A stretch of DNA of 64,000 nucleotides from Octopus vulgaris (GCA_951406725.2 OX597815.1:141236001-141300000), one strand, 5' to 3'. Counted from the first letter of the stretch, positions 25,903-41,319 are shown. The notes: generated by a model not told the origin, from the sequence alone. A program made the numbers and translations.

Positions 25903-26389
25903 TATTATAGTGGGGTGTTAGATTACTCGTAAAATTATGTCATATATTATTTTATCCACCCCAACATAAGGAAAGCTAAATATAATCTCGGTTCGATTTA
26001 GCACTTCATTTCACATTGTTCAAGTCAACACAACTATAATGAACTAAAATATCGTCCCAGTACATGTTTCTCTGTACCTAGCCATTACAGCCCAATTGTT
26101 CCACCCGATCAAGTTTGGAAAATACGAGGGCTTCTCTGTCTGTGCTTACGTTGTCTTGAGCAGAAGCATGGTACAGGCTTCTTATTTATAACCGCCTGCG
26201 ACTGTCTCACTTGGTTAGGTTAGTTTTATGATATATACATATCGATTATTTACTTATTTATTTATTTAAGTTTAAATACACAAGCTACTGATATTTGCAT
26301 GCATTTATAATATTTGAACAAGCATATAAAATACGCCATGTATCTTAAAGCAACCTTTCAGACGCTGTTTACGCGTTATATATATTTTA

Positions 26390-27510
26390 GAATGAAGGAC
26401 ACCGGGCAGTAAGAAAATAAGAAAAAAGGAGGTTGGTACAAAAACTGGAACGAGAACAAACGAAATCAAGAAACTAAGATCTTCGTCCTCACTAATTGCA
26501 GAAAGCTCATTAAATACAGCTGGTATAGAACAAAATAGCAGAAATTTGTCAAAGTCTGCAAGACAGCATCTCAATCTGGAGTAGGCGGTGGCTTCCAATT
26601 CGATGAAAGAAATATATCCATATGGTTACACCTGCTGAATTAAAATATCATACAGCTGCTACTCCAATATGAAGAAATTTTAAGTCGCAAAAATCACCAA
26701 GAGACTACTTTCAATTGTAACTGTCGAGACCCTGAAGTTTGCCCACTTGATTCAGACGGGTATGATAAACTCCGTCATATACGAGGCTGAAGTTACAGCT
26801 ACGCTGCAAGACAAATCAATTGAAAAGAAAAATTACATCGGGTTATATGACGGCTAATTCAAGACACGTTATGCAAACCAGCTATCTTCTTTCCGGCATA
26901 TCGATAAAGTTAATGCAACGAAGTTGGCTTGCCACGTATGGATTTGGAGAAGCAGCTACTCACCAAATACTATTAAGTAGAGAATAGTGGAGAAATCCAA
27001 GCCATGTGATAATTAATCTAAGAAATGCAACTTATGGGTAGCAGAAAGTTTTCATATTCTTCTTCGATCCAGTAAGCCCAGCAATGCTTAGTTTCAAACC
27101 TGAAAAACCTAGCAGGTGTAGACACACGAACAGGTTTATTTTATTGAATTGGAGGGCACCACCCGCTCCGGATTTTATTTCTGTCTCGCAGACTTCGACA
27201 TATTCTGTTATTTTGTTCTAAACTAGTTGTATTTAACGAGGTTTCTGCAATCAAGTAGGCCGAGGATCTTGTTTTGCTTTTTTTTTTTTTCGTTTCTTCT
27301 CGTTTCATTTTTGGCACCAATATTCTTTATGTGCCTTCTGTGTCTTTTATTATTTTCTTCCTGTTCAGTGTCCTTCATTGTAAAATATATATATAACACA
27401 TACACAGTGTCTGAAGGATTGATTTAATATACCTATTCGAGTATCATAACAGTATGAAACTATTAGTAGCTCTTTCGGTAGCATATTGAACTGAAATACT
27501 TATCTCTCAC
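26390..27510 (+). mobile_element. Penelope-like element 3' part: decayed GIY-YIG endonuclease plus 3' repeat with hammerhead remnant
   Basis: IKISYSCYSNM, CNCRDPEVCPL, VIYEAEV...NYIGL..FKTRYANQLSSFR, KKCNL, SRCRH motifs (26640-27150); hammerhead-like fold at 27406-27473. Confidence 0.92.
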
Positions 27511-28391
27511 TGGATGGAGTATTTTTTTTTTTTGTTGATTCTATCTCTATTGGATCTGTGAATTATATGTGTGTGTGCTTGTGTGTGTGTATCAGATACT
27601 TCATGCACAGACACATATAATACGAAGTAACCGAGAGAAATTGTGGATAGAAAAAATATTGAGTGGTTGATATGTGATAGATAGATTGTTCGAGTATTCG
27701 TTACTTTATAGTTTTTGTAATATTTTGAACTCAAGGTATCTTTTGAAATACGATATAATACACATTTAACAAGATTCGGCATTTGTTTAAGCATGAAATT
27801 ATAAAGTGTGTGCATATTCAAAACAATTTGCTGAGATGATATCGACATCAGCAGTATTATATTTCAGGCAGAATACATCACATTACTAAATCTTTCACCC
27901 GAGTACACTTGAAATAATATTAAAAGCTGCATACAATTTGTTTTACACTACAGAACACACACACACTGACGCTTGTTGATGACCTTTCAAAAGGATGCTA
28001 GGCGCTGTATTTTACTGAATATATGTGAATGTAAAATGAGTACAATCAGTACAGTTTGCTTAAGTTGTGTGTATCGTAGATACCAAAGTTTGCGTTCTGT
28101 CTGTCTTATCTGGAACCTTGAGCAAGGACATTTTACATTTGCCACCATCTCAGTATTTCCTCGCCAGTCAAATTTTGGTACGTTTTATAGTACCCATTGA
28201 AAGTGTTGGTCACGCTATTGTCATATTTATTGAATCCATTGTTTTGTTTAATACCACCAACTGGTCCATTCAAGCCTTTAATATGGTCAACATCTATACA
28301 ATATTATATAATAACAGATATCTCTTCGAGTATTAGTTCTAATTCGTACATAATATATATGTGTGTGTGCGTGCGTGTGTATGTATGTACA

Positions 28392-28532
<141 letters not shown>

Positions 28533-28544
28533 GCAAAACGGTGT

Positions 28545-29200
28545 GTGAGAGAAGATCGTGATGTTATAGGAGAGAAATGTGTCCGCATAGATGATTGTGC
28601 ACTTGCTTTTAATGAGTCTGCAAAAAAAGAAAAGAGGCTTGGAGACGCCATTCTGAAAGACTATTCGATGTGGAGAATCAACGAGAGGAATAGAGTCTGT
28701 CATATGCTGACCCAAATTAGGAACCAGCAACCAGAAACGATAGTACACTGGTAGATAAAGCAATTGAGGATATGAAGACACGGAAAGTCCCTGGCCTATC
28801 AGGAATCACCGATGAGATACTTATAGTATCTGGCGGCGTGAGTTATGGTCTAGTCACTTGAATTCTAAATAAGGTGGTTCATGAAAGGGTCGTACCGAAT
28901 GAGTGGCGTAGCAGGGCAATAGTCAACTGCTACAAATGTAAAAGTGATGCCATAGATAGAAATAATTACAGAGGTATCTAATTGTTGGTTAAGGTGATGA
29001 AAGTTACAGAGAGCGTCATAGATCAAATTTTCAGGGAGAGAGTTGGTCTAGATGAGATATAGTTTGGTTTTGTGCCATCACCACTGGTGGTATATTTCTT
29101 TCAAGGCAACTGTAGGAGAGATACCTAGCCAAAGATAAACGTCAGCAGTTGGGTTTTGTTGACTTGGAGATCCCTTATCTGATGGTTAATGCAGAAACTA
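28545..29200 (+). mobile_element. RTE-clade LINE RT fragment
   Basis: DVIGEKCVRIDD...AWRRH; DKAIEDMKTRKVPGLSGI; VPNEWRSRAIVNCYK.KSDAIDRNNYRGI; FGFVP; RQL*ERYLAKDK...FVDLE. Confidence 0.92.
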
Positions 29201-30520
29201 GCAGTGCTTAGTTCTTTGTCCACCTTGGTAAGACTTCTGTAGTAATACATAGTAATTATGTATAAAATCACCTTGATTCAGCTCCACTGTTCATCGCATT
29301 CAGCACCAGGGTTTATCTAATTTGCTGTCCTAATTTCCTAGTCTGTTTCCTTGGTCAACCTCTCATGGCATTTCGATTACGTAGTTCAGCCTGATTCATT
29401 TCATTGGGAAACTCTAGCTGTCAGATATGTACATATACATCAGTTATTTATTATCCATGCGTTTAATTGTATAGAAATATCTGATGAGCTCATGACTAAA
29501 AGCTATCTTGAAATTGAATGACTGCCATACACTTATAATAACTTGTTTCCTCTTTATTATTTGGCATGTATATGTACTAGTATCCTACAAACGTGAAAAC
29601 GTACGCGCGGAGCATTTGCAAACGTCTTTTATCCGTACAAGCAAAGAATATGGCACTTAAGACTTGCATATGATTATCAATAGCTAAATGCTAAAATTAA
29701 TTTCTTCTTTCGATGCACTATCTGTGAGATAATCATAAAGTCAAAACACGTCTTCCTTTCAATAGTAAACAGTAATCGTTCTCTTCATGTATGCTTCGTA
29801 TTATATACCAAATTAGCAGGGATCTTATATGCACCTCTGCCTTGCCAAAATCACTCTAAGAAATATCCACTGCAGATGAATTGAATGGTTTAGAGCCCGT
29901 CTTGCAGCTATTTCTATAATATAAAAACACAAATAAAGCGTCTCTCAAATATCTTTTATTAACCCTAACAGGAATACATTGCTCGTTCTCCAGTCCGATT
30001 CAACAAATAGCTATAGGCTATCGTATTACTTCCATTGCTCTCAGACAGTACGCTATCAACCAGAACGACTTTTCCTTCTTTTCTCTCTATGAAAATATAA
30101 TCGGTTCTACAGAAAACCTGGTAGCAAGTTGTTTGTTCCTGTGACGTCTCAATTCTAATAACTCAAATGTGATAGAAACCTGATTCTGCACTATTTCTCA
30201 TTGCTATTTTGAATGACTTGTTTGGAACGCAGTGTTTGGGAATCTTTGCGGTTACGACTAATTTAATGTTGAGACCTATTGGAGGTCACCAAATAACATG
30301 TTCAACCTGCCTTGCACAGGATTCCAACATTAACCAAGGTATTCTGTGAGGTCAGTACAGTTCCACGTCTTAGATTGAATATTTCTTGTAATACGATTTA
30401 ACCTACGTCACCAGATCTGTTTATTTGTATTTTTTTATTGTACACTGAATTATCTCAATTTATGTATAAAGTATGTATGCATATATGAATGCAAATGTGT
30501 GTGTGTATGTGTGTGTGTGT

Positions 30521-30561
<41 letters not shown>

Positions 30562-31374
30562 TGTGTGTGTCTGTATGTATGTGCATGTGTGCATATCAAA
30601 ATGAGAAGCAAAACTAGCAGACAAGATATGTTAACGATCGAAAATTTTTAGTTTGAAACCCAGAAAAAGAGTTCATTATCAGGCTTCAGAAGGAGTATTG
30701 GGAAGACACGAGAAATAAATGGAAATAAATATACTACAACATATCGAAACAAAAATATTTGAATGAAGTAGGCTACCATGGTAACTGTTATATTTATACA
30801 AGAGAAAGAAAAGAAAGCCATTTCGAAAACCGTGACTTCTTAAAAAGTGACCTTCAGAAAGCGAAAGATACTGTCTCATATTCTGATGATATGAGGAAAT
30901 CTGTGAATACGTATTACTTCTTCGATAGCTGTAATCATGCTAGCCCCTGTTGTGGTTTCTCTCTGCAAGAGTTACTCATTTCAACAGGATCAAAAATCGT
31001 GTACACATTTATGGGCTACGTGAAATAATGAACGTTCATTCCATTCGTTCAAAGTTGTTTTATAATCTTGTTATTTATATAATATATATTACATCAATAT
31101 TTGCACATGCACATGCACTAAATATACATATAAATATATGTGTATACTTATATATAACGGATCTTCGGAACGAATCATGGTACAGAAAGCAAGCTGACCC
31201 CACAAATTATACCAAAGGTGATAGATGTACTCAGCATGTTATCATGTATGGTGTGCCTTAAGGAACCCATACCCGTAAATGAACACGAATTCAAAGAATG
31301 AATATGTAGATAAATACAATAATGTCAAGCAGCAGAAAAAAGTTAACAAAATTAGAAAATAATATGAATGTAAA

Positions 31375-32025
31375 TACGAGAGGAAGTCAAAATGTATCCG
31401 CACTTTTACTATAACATATCTTTATTATTGTCACACTGTCTTCTGCGTATGCGTGCTTATAGTTGGTACTGTTGGGTCAGTGATAGGAGTTTGAGGTTGA
31501 TCGCGACCATATTTCTTTCTGGCCTTACAGTTCAAGCATGGCCTCTCCACTAGCAATGTGCACCAAAGAAGAATAAAGAACAGTGATTTTCGATGTCTTT
31601 GGTCAGAAGGTTCGTCAGGTGCTGAAATTCATCTAATAGTTTTATCACAATATGAGAGCAGTGCACTGCATCGTAGAAGTGTGTATTAGTGGCTCACGAA
31701 GTTTAAAAATGGCCGGACAAAAAATAGTGCCTCGCGAAGAGGGAGCAGGATGTCCGTCAAAATCCACCACTGACGAGAAGATTCAGCAAACACGAGAACC
31801 GGTTCACCATTACAAGCTCTTGGTTCACTGCTCTTTGTTCATCTTTGGTGCACATTGCTAGTTGGGCGGCCATGCTTACGCTGTAAAGTCAAAAAGAAAT
31901 ATGGCGCGATCAGGCTCAAACATCAATCAAATGGCCACAATAGTACCAACTATAAGCACCCATGCGCAGAAGGCAGTCTGACAAAAATAAAGATATGTTA
32001 TGTTGAAAGTGCGGATAATTTTTGA
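31375..32025 (+). mobile_element. Mariner-derived fold-back MITE: 5' end, transposase N-terminus, then an inverted copy of the 5' ~200 bp
   Basis: Starts TA|CGAGAGGAAGTCAAAA; MASPLAMCTKEE*RTVI..LWSEG..GAEIH...KFKNGRT..EGAGCPSKSTTDEKI (mariner HTH); 31390-31586 is an imperfect reverse complement of ~31822-32024. Confidence 0.9.
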
Positions 32026-32030
32026 GAAAC

Positions 32031-32125
32031 AAATACTGGGGTTGATTTTTTTCGACTAAAATTCCTTCAAACTGGAGCTCCAGTGTGGCCGTAGTCTAAT
32101 GACTGAAACAAATAAAGGATAAAAG
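32031..32125 (+). mobile_element. 3' tail fragment of a family-A SINE or its partner LINE
   Basis: actggggttgat...tcgactaaa...gctccagtgtggccgtagtctaatgactgaaacaaataaa matches 9828-9900. Confidence 0.8.
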
Positions 32126-33654
32126 TTAAAATTGAAAACTAGGCTTCTCAAAGAAGTTGGCTTCCGAAGAAGATGTACTTAATGTAATATGTCTATGATA
32201 TAAAAAAAACAAAAGTTGACAATCCCCCATATTAATTTAAATGAATAAATCATATGGTGAGAGTAAAAGTAGGATAAATAAATAAGACAAACAAATAAAT
32301 AAATGTAATTGGAAATATAGAAAAATAGAAAATAAAACAAAATAAATTTTAGAAATCTGATAGGATAGCTTAAGTTGGAATTTTACGCAGTGTTGATTTT
32401 GAAACATGACGACGGCGGCAAGGAAGTTCACATGCTATCAACATACAAATATAAACACATTAAATTATCAACCACAAGCACATTAACATGCACATACATG
32501 TATTTATATATAAATATTAATAATCACGTTCATGCATGTTTATAAACAATCTTGTTCACGCGCGCGCGCTCACACACTCATACATTAGAGCACAAAATAC
32601 TAATGCCGATGTAGTAATATTAATAGTAGACCATCAATCATTAATTTAATTGACCAAAACAGACTTATAGTATTTTACACTTGCAGTAATACAAGGATCT
32701 CTATTCGTACATATATGGTGACAGAGACGATATCCACACAAAAAGAATAACATGCACTAATTCAGATTTGTTAAACTACTTCATTAATAGTTGTACTAGA
32801 TAAGACATTTTTATTATATTTTTGATCACGCCAGTTGTGAATGGAAACAATGAGCTAAAGATGAGGCAAGATAACGGATTAAATGAACAAGTAACTGATA
32901 ATTAAACAAATAACATAAAATAACATCAGATGAATATGTTGAAATATAGTACGGGAAATATAGAACAAAATACGCCACATTTAGAACTATTATTATAGCG
33001 CTAGTAGTTTTAAATAACAATACATTACTTGGTAGTTTTTTTAAATAACAGTAGAGATATAAGTAGGCTTAACGATACATTTATGGACATCGCATAACAG
33101 ATTTGTATGAAGATATTATAGCTAATAAATTGTTACATTAAAAATAAAATATATCCTACTATCACAAGTTTTGCATATCATTATTCTCCTCACGATGTAA
33201 TTCTAAAATGTTAATCAAATTTGCTCAGTCGGCATACGATAAAATGAACTGAGATAAAATACGTAGAAATAATGTAAAAATTGAGAAATAATGAAGATAG
33301 AGACCATAGTAATCATGACCATCTACCTATAAGATTTCTAGTAATAATAGTTTTAATCGTGCTTTTAGATGAAGCGGTGTTAATTTTTAGTATTATATAG
33401 GAAGGGCATATGATGCACTTGTGGACAATTTTAGTGCATCGTCTAATTGGTTGATAAGAATTTATTTAGATTTGATTATTTCGAAATATTTCGCTATTTA
33501 CAAATTACAAACATCGATCGTTACTACCTTTGTACAGTTGTGCTCTGCATATATTGGAACACATTTATACAACTAATTCCTGTATCTGTATGAAACACAT
33601 AGAAACACACACACACACACACACGCATACATATATATACATATGCATACATAC

Positions 33655-33689
<35 letters not shown>

Positions 33690-33854
33690 ATCAACTAATA
33701 AGGGTGAGAAAATTGGATACTAATTTAATAGTACATCCATTTAACACCAAGTGGCTTAGTGCATAAGAACCAGGAATACAATACATTTTATACATAAATA
33801 TGAGAGATTAAATCTATTTTTAGTGCTAAAGTCGACCACATAGTGGTTACTCTC

Positions 33855-33916
<62 letters not shown>

Positions 33917-34328
33917 ACGTGTGTGTGTCTATGTAAAAGTATATAAGGTTAAAAATCACGTTAATGACATTCCTTGGATCTATACGTGCAAATATTTGTA
34001 TGTAGACGTGTGAATTTATTTGGATGGTATGTACAGTTATTTTGACGTAAATTTCTCCTATCCGTGTATTGTGTTGACGAAAGAAAAATTATCTTTTGCT
34101 TTAATCCAGAAATTGAACGTGAGATCTCTTTCAATTTTCTCTCACAAGCCCACTTTCAGCGAGTGTGTATTTTAGGTAGAGTATTTACTAGTTTTTGAAG
34201 GTATCAGCACTTCAAGCATGCTGGAGAAAGGTCATTTTTTCTCGATTTCCTTTGATAAAATTATATGCACACACACACACAGAAACACTCACACACACAC
34301 AGACACACACACACATATATATATATAT

Positions 34329-34730
34329 GGTAGATGAGTTCAGTAAAACTTTAGATTCAGATGAATATGGTACTTAAGTTGAGGCACCAGAATTCAGTAC
34401 GGTATTATCCATGCAATTTCAAACTGAGGTGATTAAAATCAAAATAAGCAACAAGGATATCCAGAGGTAATGCAGTACGATCGTTTCATGGGACTCCATT
34501 TAATTGAACAATGCAATCATTTAATTGCATCAATTAAAAATACAGAGCAATCTTCAGCTGCAAAAAAGCATAGAATTTAATTAAATTAGGACACATTAGT
34601 TTAATTTTACCTAAAATTTCCAACTTGTTACAACTATGATGTTGTTGGTAAAAAACCTTCCTTGTCTATCTCCTTATTCTCTTGGAGATTTTGGGTAAAA
34701 TTACACTAATATGTCATAATTTAATTAAAA
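34329..34730 (-). mobile_element. Non-coding, (TA)n-adjacent element carrying a hammerhead and a 48-bp hairpin (Penelope pLTR- or retrozyme-like)
   Basis: Begins directly after a TA tract; contains the hammerhead at 34471-34562 and the inverted repeat 34576-34623/34682-34729. Confidence 0.65.
34471..34562 (-). ncRNA. Type-I hammerhead ribozyme with intact core
   Basis: Minus strand: UGCAG-CUGAAGA-[long stem II]-GAAA-CGAUCG-UA^CUGCA; stem I UGCAG/CUGCA, palindromic stem III ACGAUCGU. Confidence 0.8.
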
Positions 34731-34734
34731 ATCA

Positions 34735-35035
34735 TCACTGGAAATGTGATAATTTGTAAAATTTTCCAGAAGTGTAGAATTTAAGTATATATGAGAATGT
34801 CTGGACATGCAACTATATGAATGAAAATAGATACATAAAATAAAATAGAACATGCCTATCTGTACATGCATTGATCCCATATACTGCACACAAACGCACA
34901 AGCAGGCAAACATATTCTGTCGAATTGGAGTAATCCCAATAAAGGATCCGGCGAACTGGATCTTTCTCTTTTGGGGTTAGAAACCGGCTCTTTCTCTATT
35001 GAGGATACATCTTGAAATGTAACTGGACAATAACA
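34735..35035 (+). mobile_element. R4/Dong-type LINE extreme 3' end
   Basis: ggaaatgtgataatttgtaaaattttccagaag...tatatatgagaatgtctggacatgcaact and ggttagaaaccggctctttctctattg..atcttgaaat align with 63391-63630. Confidence 0.8.
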
Positions 35036-35795
35036 ATTTGCTTTATAAAAGATATTTGATAACATGCGTTTAATATTCAGAGCCACTTAACGTAAGAAAT
35101 AGGTCGCCAAATTAAATTATTTGTGAAATCTTACAAACAAATTATTCTTATGTTCAGTCAACAATATTCTTCAAATAATTAACGATATGGCTTATAGATA
35201 TAATCTAAAATCTATTAAGATATTGTATGAACATATTCTCATTGAACATTAATGTATAACTTCCGGTATCATTCGCTTCATTTCAACTGATAAATTATAA
35301 AATTTATAATCTGTGGATAAATTTAGGCCATACTCGATGCAGTATATCAATAAGATATTTATGTAAACTTTCACTATTAATTAACATTAGTTCCTTCCTC
35401 TTAGCTTCCTAACTGAAACCAATTGAAGTGGAAAACGACCCAAATTCATAATTTTTAGGAAGAGTATACGGTTACGTTCAATAATAAATTGTATCCATAT
35501 AATTATATATTAAACACACTGCCTCTTAATAATGGGACATAATTAGCAATCATTTATGCTTCCACGTATACCCATTGTGGTTAATAGGATGTACATTGGA
35601 AACTGATTTATAACACAGTTTTCTTATTTGATGATTATTTCCAACGGAGCCTCTAATTTCACAGTGCCGCGTGACACTATATTTTAAGCGATCGTTTATT
35701 ATGTTTTTATTCCGTTATTAATGCCTCACTTATTAATCATGGCAAACGTAAAAAAAAAAATAATAAAAAAATTCTCAAAATTCATTCGACAATTC

Positions 35796-35826
<31 letters not shown>

Positions 35827-36625
35827 CTTATTATATGTAAATGACTGCGTAAGTATGAATACACACACAGACTCACAAAAACACACACACACTCACACAC
35901 ACACATACATACAGAAATAACTTTTTGATTCACAATACGTACATTTGCAGATATCTTTGGTTAAAGCTAATTTTTCTTTTTACAAAAAGAAATATTGTAG
36001 CAGCATATTTATGAAATGCTAACAGGCTATCGGATTAGTGAATGCTGCAATGTAAGTATAAATTAAGTATATTATTAATATCTAAGAGAATTGCATTACG
36101 CACACTCACGCACATGCACACCCCTGCACAAACACCCGTGCATACACATGCAAGTATATATACATATGTATATATATATACATATATAGATAGATAGATA
36201 CATATAGATATAAGTATACACATGCACACATTCTCCCAACACATACACGTATATATAATGTCACATGTATGTTTATATTATAAAGTATTATAATGTAACA
36301 TTATATGTGTGTGTATGCACATGAATGAATGTGTGTCTCTGAATGTGTGGGTGTATGATGGATATTTGGATAATTAAAAAGCCAGGAGGGATTATTATAC
36401 TTTATACGAAGATTATCAAATGGAAAACGGGAAATAATTATAGCATGAAAGATATGAGACAGCGTTGAAAATCAATTAATGAATACACATACATTCATAT
36501 ACGCGATCAGACAGGAAAAACAACAGTACACACGAATATGCATCTACGTTTACGTATTTAGACTCAAAATCATACAGGCGCATATAATCACGCACACACA
36601 TGTGTATGTATGTATGTCTCTCAGT

Positions 36626-36673
<48 letters not shown>

Positions 36674-36681
36674 ATATGCAC

Positions 36682-36722
<41 letters not shown>

Positions 36723-37904
36723 CGAGAAAGAAGCAACAAGAATGGATTAGTTTTTCGTACAATTGTTTCATACAAAGACAGGCTTTATTAAAAGTTGCAA
36801 ATATTGCAGCAAATAAAAGTGTCCCGTACTCATCAGCTAAAACACATATGAGTTCTTCAAACATCTTAGTGGGTGAGGCTACACTCATGAAGTATCGGAG
36901 ATAATTTCATAAAAAACAGATTCAGGTTGTAAACATACTTCCAAAGTTCTTTAATGATGATGCACAGACTTATCACAGGTTTTAAAAAAGCTTATTAGCT
37001 TCACAGAGAAGGTGAATCAATCCATAGTGTAGGTGCAAATTTCCAGAGATATGATGAGGTATTTCATACTCACAGACGATGAATCTATCCATGGTTAATC
37101 CACAATGAGGTGGGTATAATTTCATGCTATATGATAAGATACTTGTCACATTACTGTTCTCTTCACAACACTGCTATGTTAGAATTTCTAAAGGCTGAAG
37201 GAATTTTGTGGAGCAAAGAAAAGAAAAGAAAAGAGAAGAAAAGAAACAAGAAAAGAAAGAAAAAAGAAAAAGGAGAAGAAGAAAAAAATAAAAAATAAAA
37301 AACGCCCACATAGAGTATACTGTGACAAGTGAGAGGGAAGGGGTCGCAGGTAACCCCCTACACAGAAAAAAGTCTCTTAAATTTGGAGACAGTCAGACTG
37401 GCTTAAAATTTGCAGGAATCTAAGAATTATAAGGAGAATATTATTTTTGACCAGTATACAGCTATTAATTGCCAACCTGGCGGAGCTAAAGCAGATATGA
37501 GAATCTAAAGAGAGAACAAGGGAAGGGATAGAGGGGTCAAAGGCTATCATTAGAGGGAAATACATTAAGAGAAAATAAGTGCAATACTTGAAAGAGGTCA
37601 TTTAATTTATTTATTTATTACTGTTACTGTTTATATTGTTGTTGTTACTGTCTATACATTGACAGACTAAATGCCTATACTTAGAAGTCATTTACAAGGT
37701 GTGAGAGAATTGCTTATTATATTGAAATTTCTTATACTACTTTTAAGGGAGTATCATTACTTATTTAATTTTGTAATAGAATTATGAAGCATTAGTAACT
37801 TATTTTATTTAAGTTGCGTTACCTAAATTAGATTAAAAATTAGATTAAATTAAAAATAAAAAATATGATTGTATATATATATATATATATATACATGTAC
37901 ATAT

Positions 37905-38005
<101 letters not shown>

Positions 38006-38131
38006 GTATTGGTGTCTAGAAGACCCAAAGAGTCGCAGCCAATGCTAAGTAAGAGCTGCGGACAGACCGTAGTTAAACATTTGGTTCGATAGTGATACGA
38101 GTGGGGAGACTAGTAGTGGCCTTGCATTAGC

Positions 38132-38882
<751 letters not shown>

Positions 38883-38884
38883 GA

Positions 38885-39955
38885 TTTTTTATTTCCTACA
38901 AGGGAACAACATAGAAATAGACATTACAAACTGATTTGGGGTCAGATGGAAGAATGTTTATAACATAAAAATGGATATAAAAATTTTATGACAAAATAAC
39001 AAAAATATCAAAAAATCGAATGATGGGACTGAGCGGAAAACATTACGGATGGGGTGGGGAGGCGGATTTAATTCGGACCCTTACGAGCCCCTCCCCGCCA
39101 TTGATACCTGTGATTCGTACTGTGTCGCATTCATACGGTCACATTCTCCCGCAACATCCGTGCTACATTCTTCCAACGGTTTTCGAACATTTTCTCTGTC
39201 AGGCATTTTCTCTCTAGCTCTATATTCCTTTTAAGGTGAAAGGTAAAGTAGTTCACTAATCCAGTGCCAGAGATGAAAGTGCCTGACATTAACCCTTTCT
39301 ACATCGTCTTCCAAACCACCTCTCTCGCAATTGCTACTACATTGAGAAAGCAATTCTTACCTTCTTTCGAAAGGAAATCGGGCGGGTCACTTTTTAGTAT
39401 ATACTCAGACGATAACTATACTCTTCCTGCACTTGAGAACAGTTGTTCAGCATACACCCACACGTCTGACACCACCGGACACTGAACAATAGCGTACAGG
39501 ACGGTTTTTCTATCCGGCCCACATCTTGGACAGGTAGCAGGGCCGCGGCCACCATGCCTTGTGAGCTTGTCCCGAACAGGTAAAGCTCCTCGGTAACACT
39601 GCCATGTCAGAGACTTCTGAAAGTTGTCCAGAATCTTCGGCTCGAATGTACGTTGGAACAGACTGACCAGCTGATTATCAGCGAGACCTAGGATTTCCCC
39701 AAAGGTATCATCATCTTTGGCCTCTAGAAGCCCTTTATAAAAGAATGCGGTGGAACCTCCACCGCAGGCATTTCCCGAGGGACGGTATCGCAGGAGAGCC
39801 TTACGACAATCCGTGAACCATGTACCAACTTCGATTTTCGACAGAACCATGATTCCCATCCGCCGAAACTAGTGAACTTGGGATACATCCGTTTCGCCAG
39901 CGGAGACCACACCCGTTCACCATCCAGGTATAGCCACAGATACCTCAACCTCTCC
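38885..39955 (-). mobile_element. 5'-truncated L1/Tx1-clade LINE 3' end (third subfamily)
   Basis: LRYLWLYLDGERVWSP; DNFQKSLTWQCYRGALPVRDKLTRHG..TCPRCG..KTVLYAIVQCP; REVVWKT; tail cccttgtaggaaataaaaaa. Confidence 0.93.
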
Positions 39956-41052
39956 AGTTTTGCCCAATATAGCACAAGAGCCAATATACTTTTGATCTAA
40001 TGTTAGCGCAGTGGTTGCCTAAACAAAGTTGCCAAACAACGGTGGCTGTCCCTTGACCCGGATGTGTCAACAACGTTTAGTCAAAACTAGATTCTCATGG
40101 CTGTTATATAGCATGGTAACCAAACAGCAAATCATTAATAGTATTTTACCACATCTCAAAAGAATTGTCTTTTCAAGTTGAGTTTTATCTAGGCAAAGTA
40201 CTGGTTTTATGGGAGTGGAATCAATATTTGCTCCTCATGTAATTGCATACAAGGATACACACACATACACACATCATTCCATACGCATCTCTTTCTCTAT
40301 CTCACATACACATACACACATCATACACACACATACACACAGGCACGCAGACGCGCACGTGCACACACTCACTCACACATAAGCACACGCGAGTACGCGC
40401 ATATGAATTTATTCAAAGACATATATTTAGATTCCCAGGCTGATTTTGATTTTGATTCTCTTTGCTAAAGACTAATTCCTACTAAAGTACTAGAATTAAA
40501 TATATTGCTTCTGTAATTGAATAAGCCATATAATGTTCCCTTATATGAAAGTTATATACGTAATTTGGTTTTTAATTGCTTTATATTTTTAAGGAGTGAA
40601 GTGTATGTTAAATCATATATCACTCTGTATGATACAGACAGTATTGGCTTGTTAATTTTACATGGTCATTTTGAGATTATCCGTCATTAGCTGCACGCAT
40701 AAATATCATTTATATAAGAAATTGATTTATTATTATAGGATATGGATGATTCATACCTGATAGATATTTTCCTATTTACAGATCAAATTTATCCTCCATT
40801 TATCACAGAGACAAAAACAAATAAATGAATATGTCATGTGAGTTCAGAGATCTTATAATATTAATAGAGTGTCTAATGTTGGGGGAACTAACGAAAATGT
40901 AACCCTCATTTAGACATTTATGAAAGAATGAACAGGAATGTAGCAGCATTGCCTTTTCGTGATACATATAGCTATAACTTCGAAATGCAGACTACTATAT
41001 TTGTTCAAGGAAATATAGCAGCTCTTAGTTACTCCCAATGAATATACTTGTG

Positions 41053-41319
<267 letters not shown>

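Noticed and set aside
29478-29520. CTGATGAGCTC hammerhead-like start
   Set aside because: No properly placed GAAA box and no stem I or III pairing.
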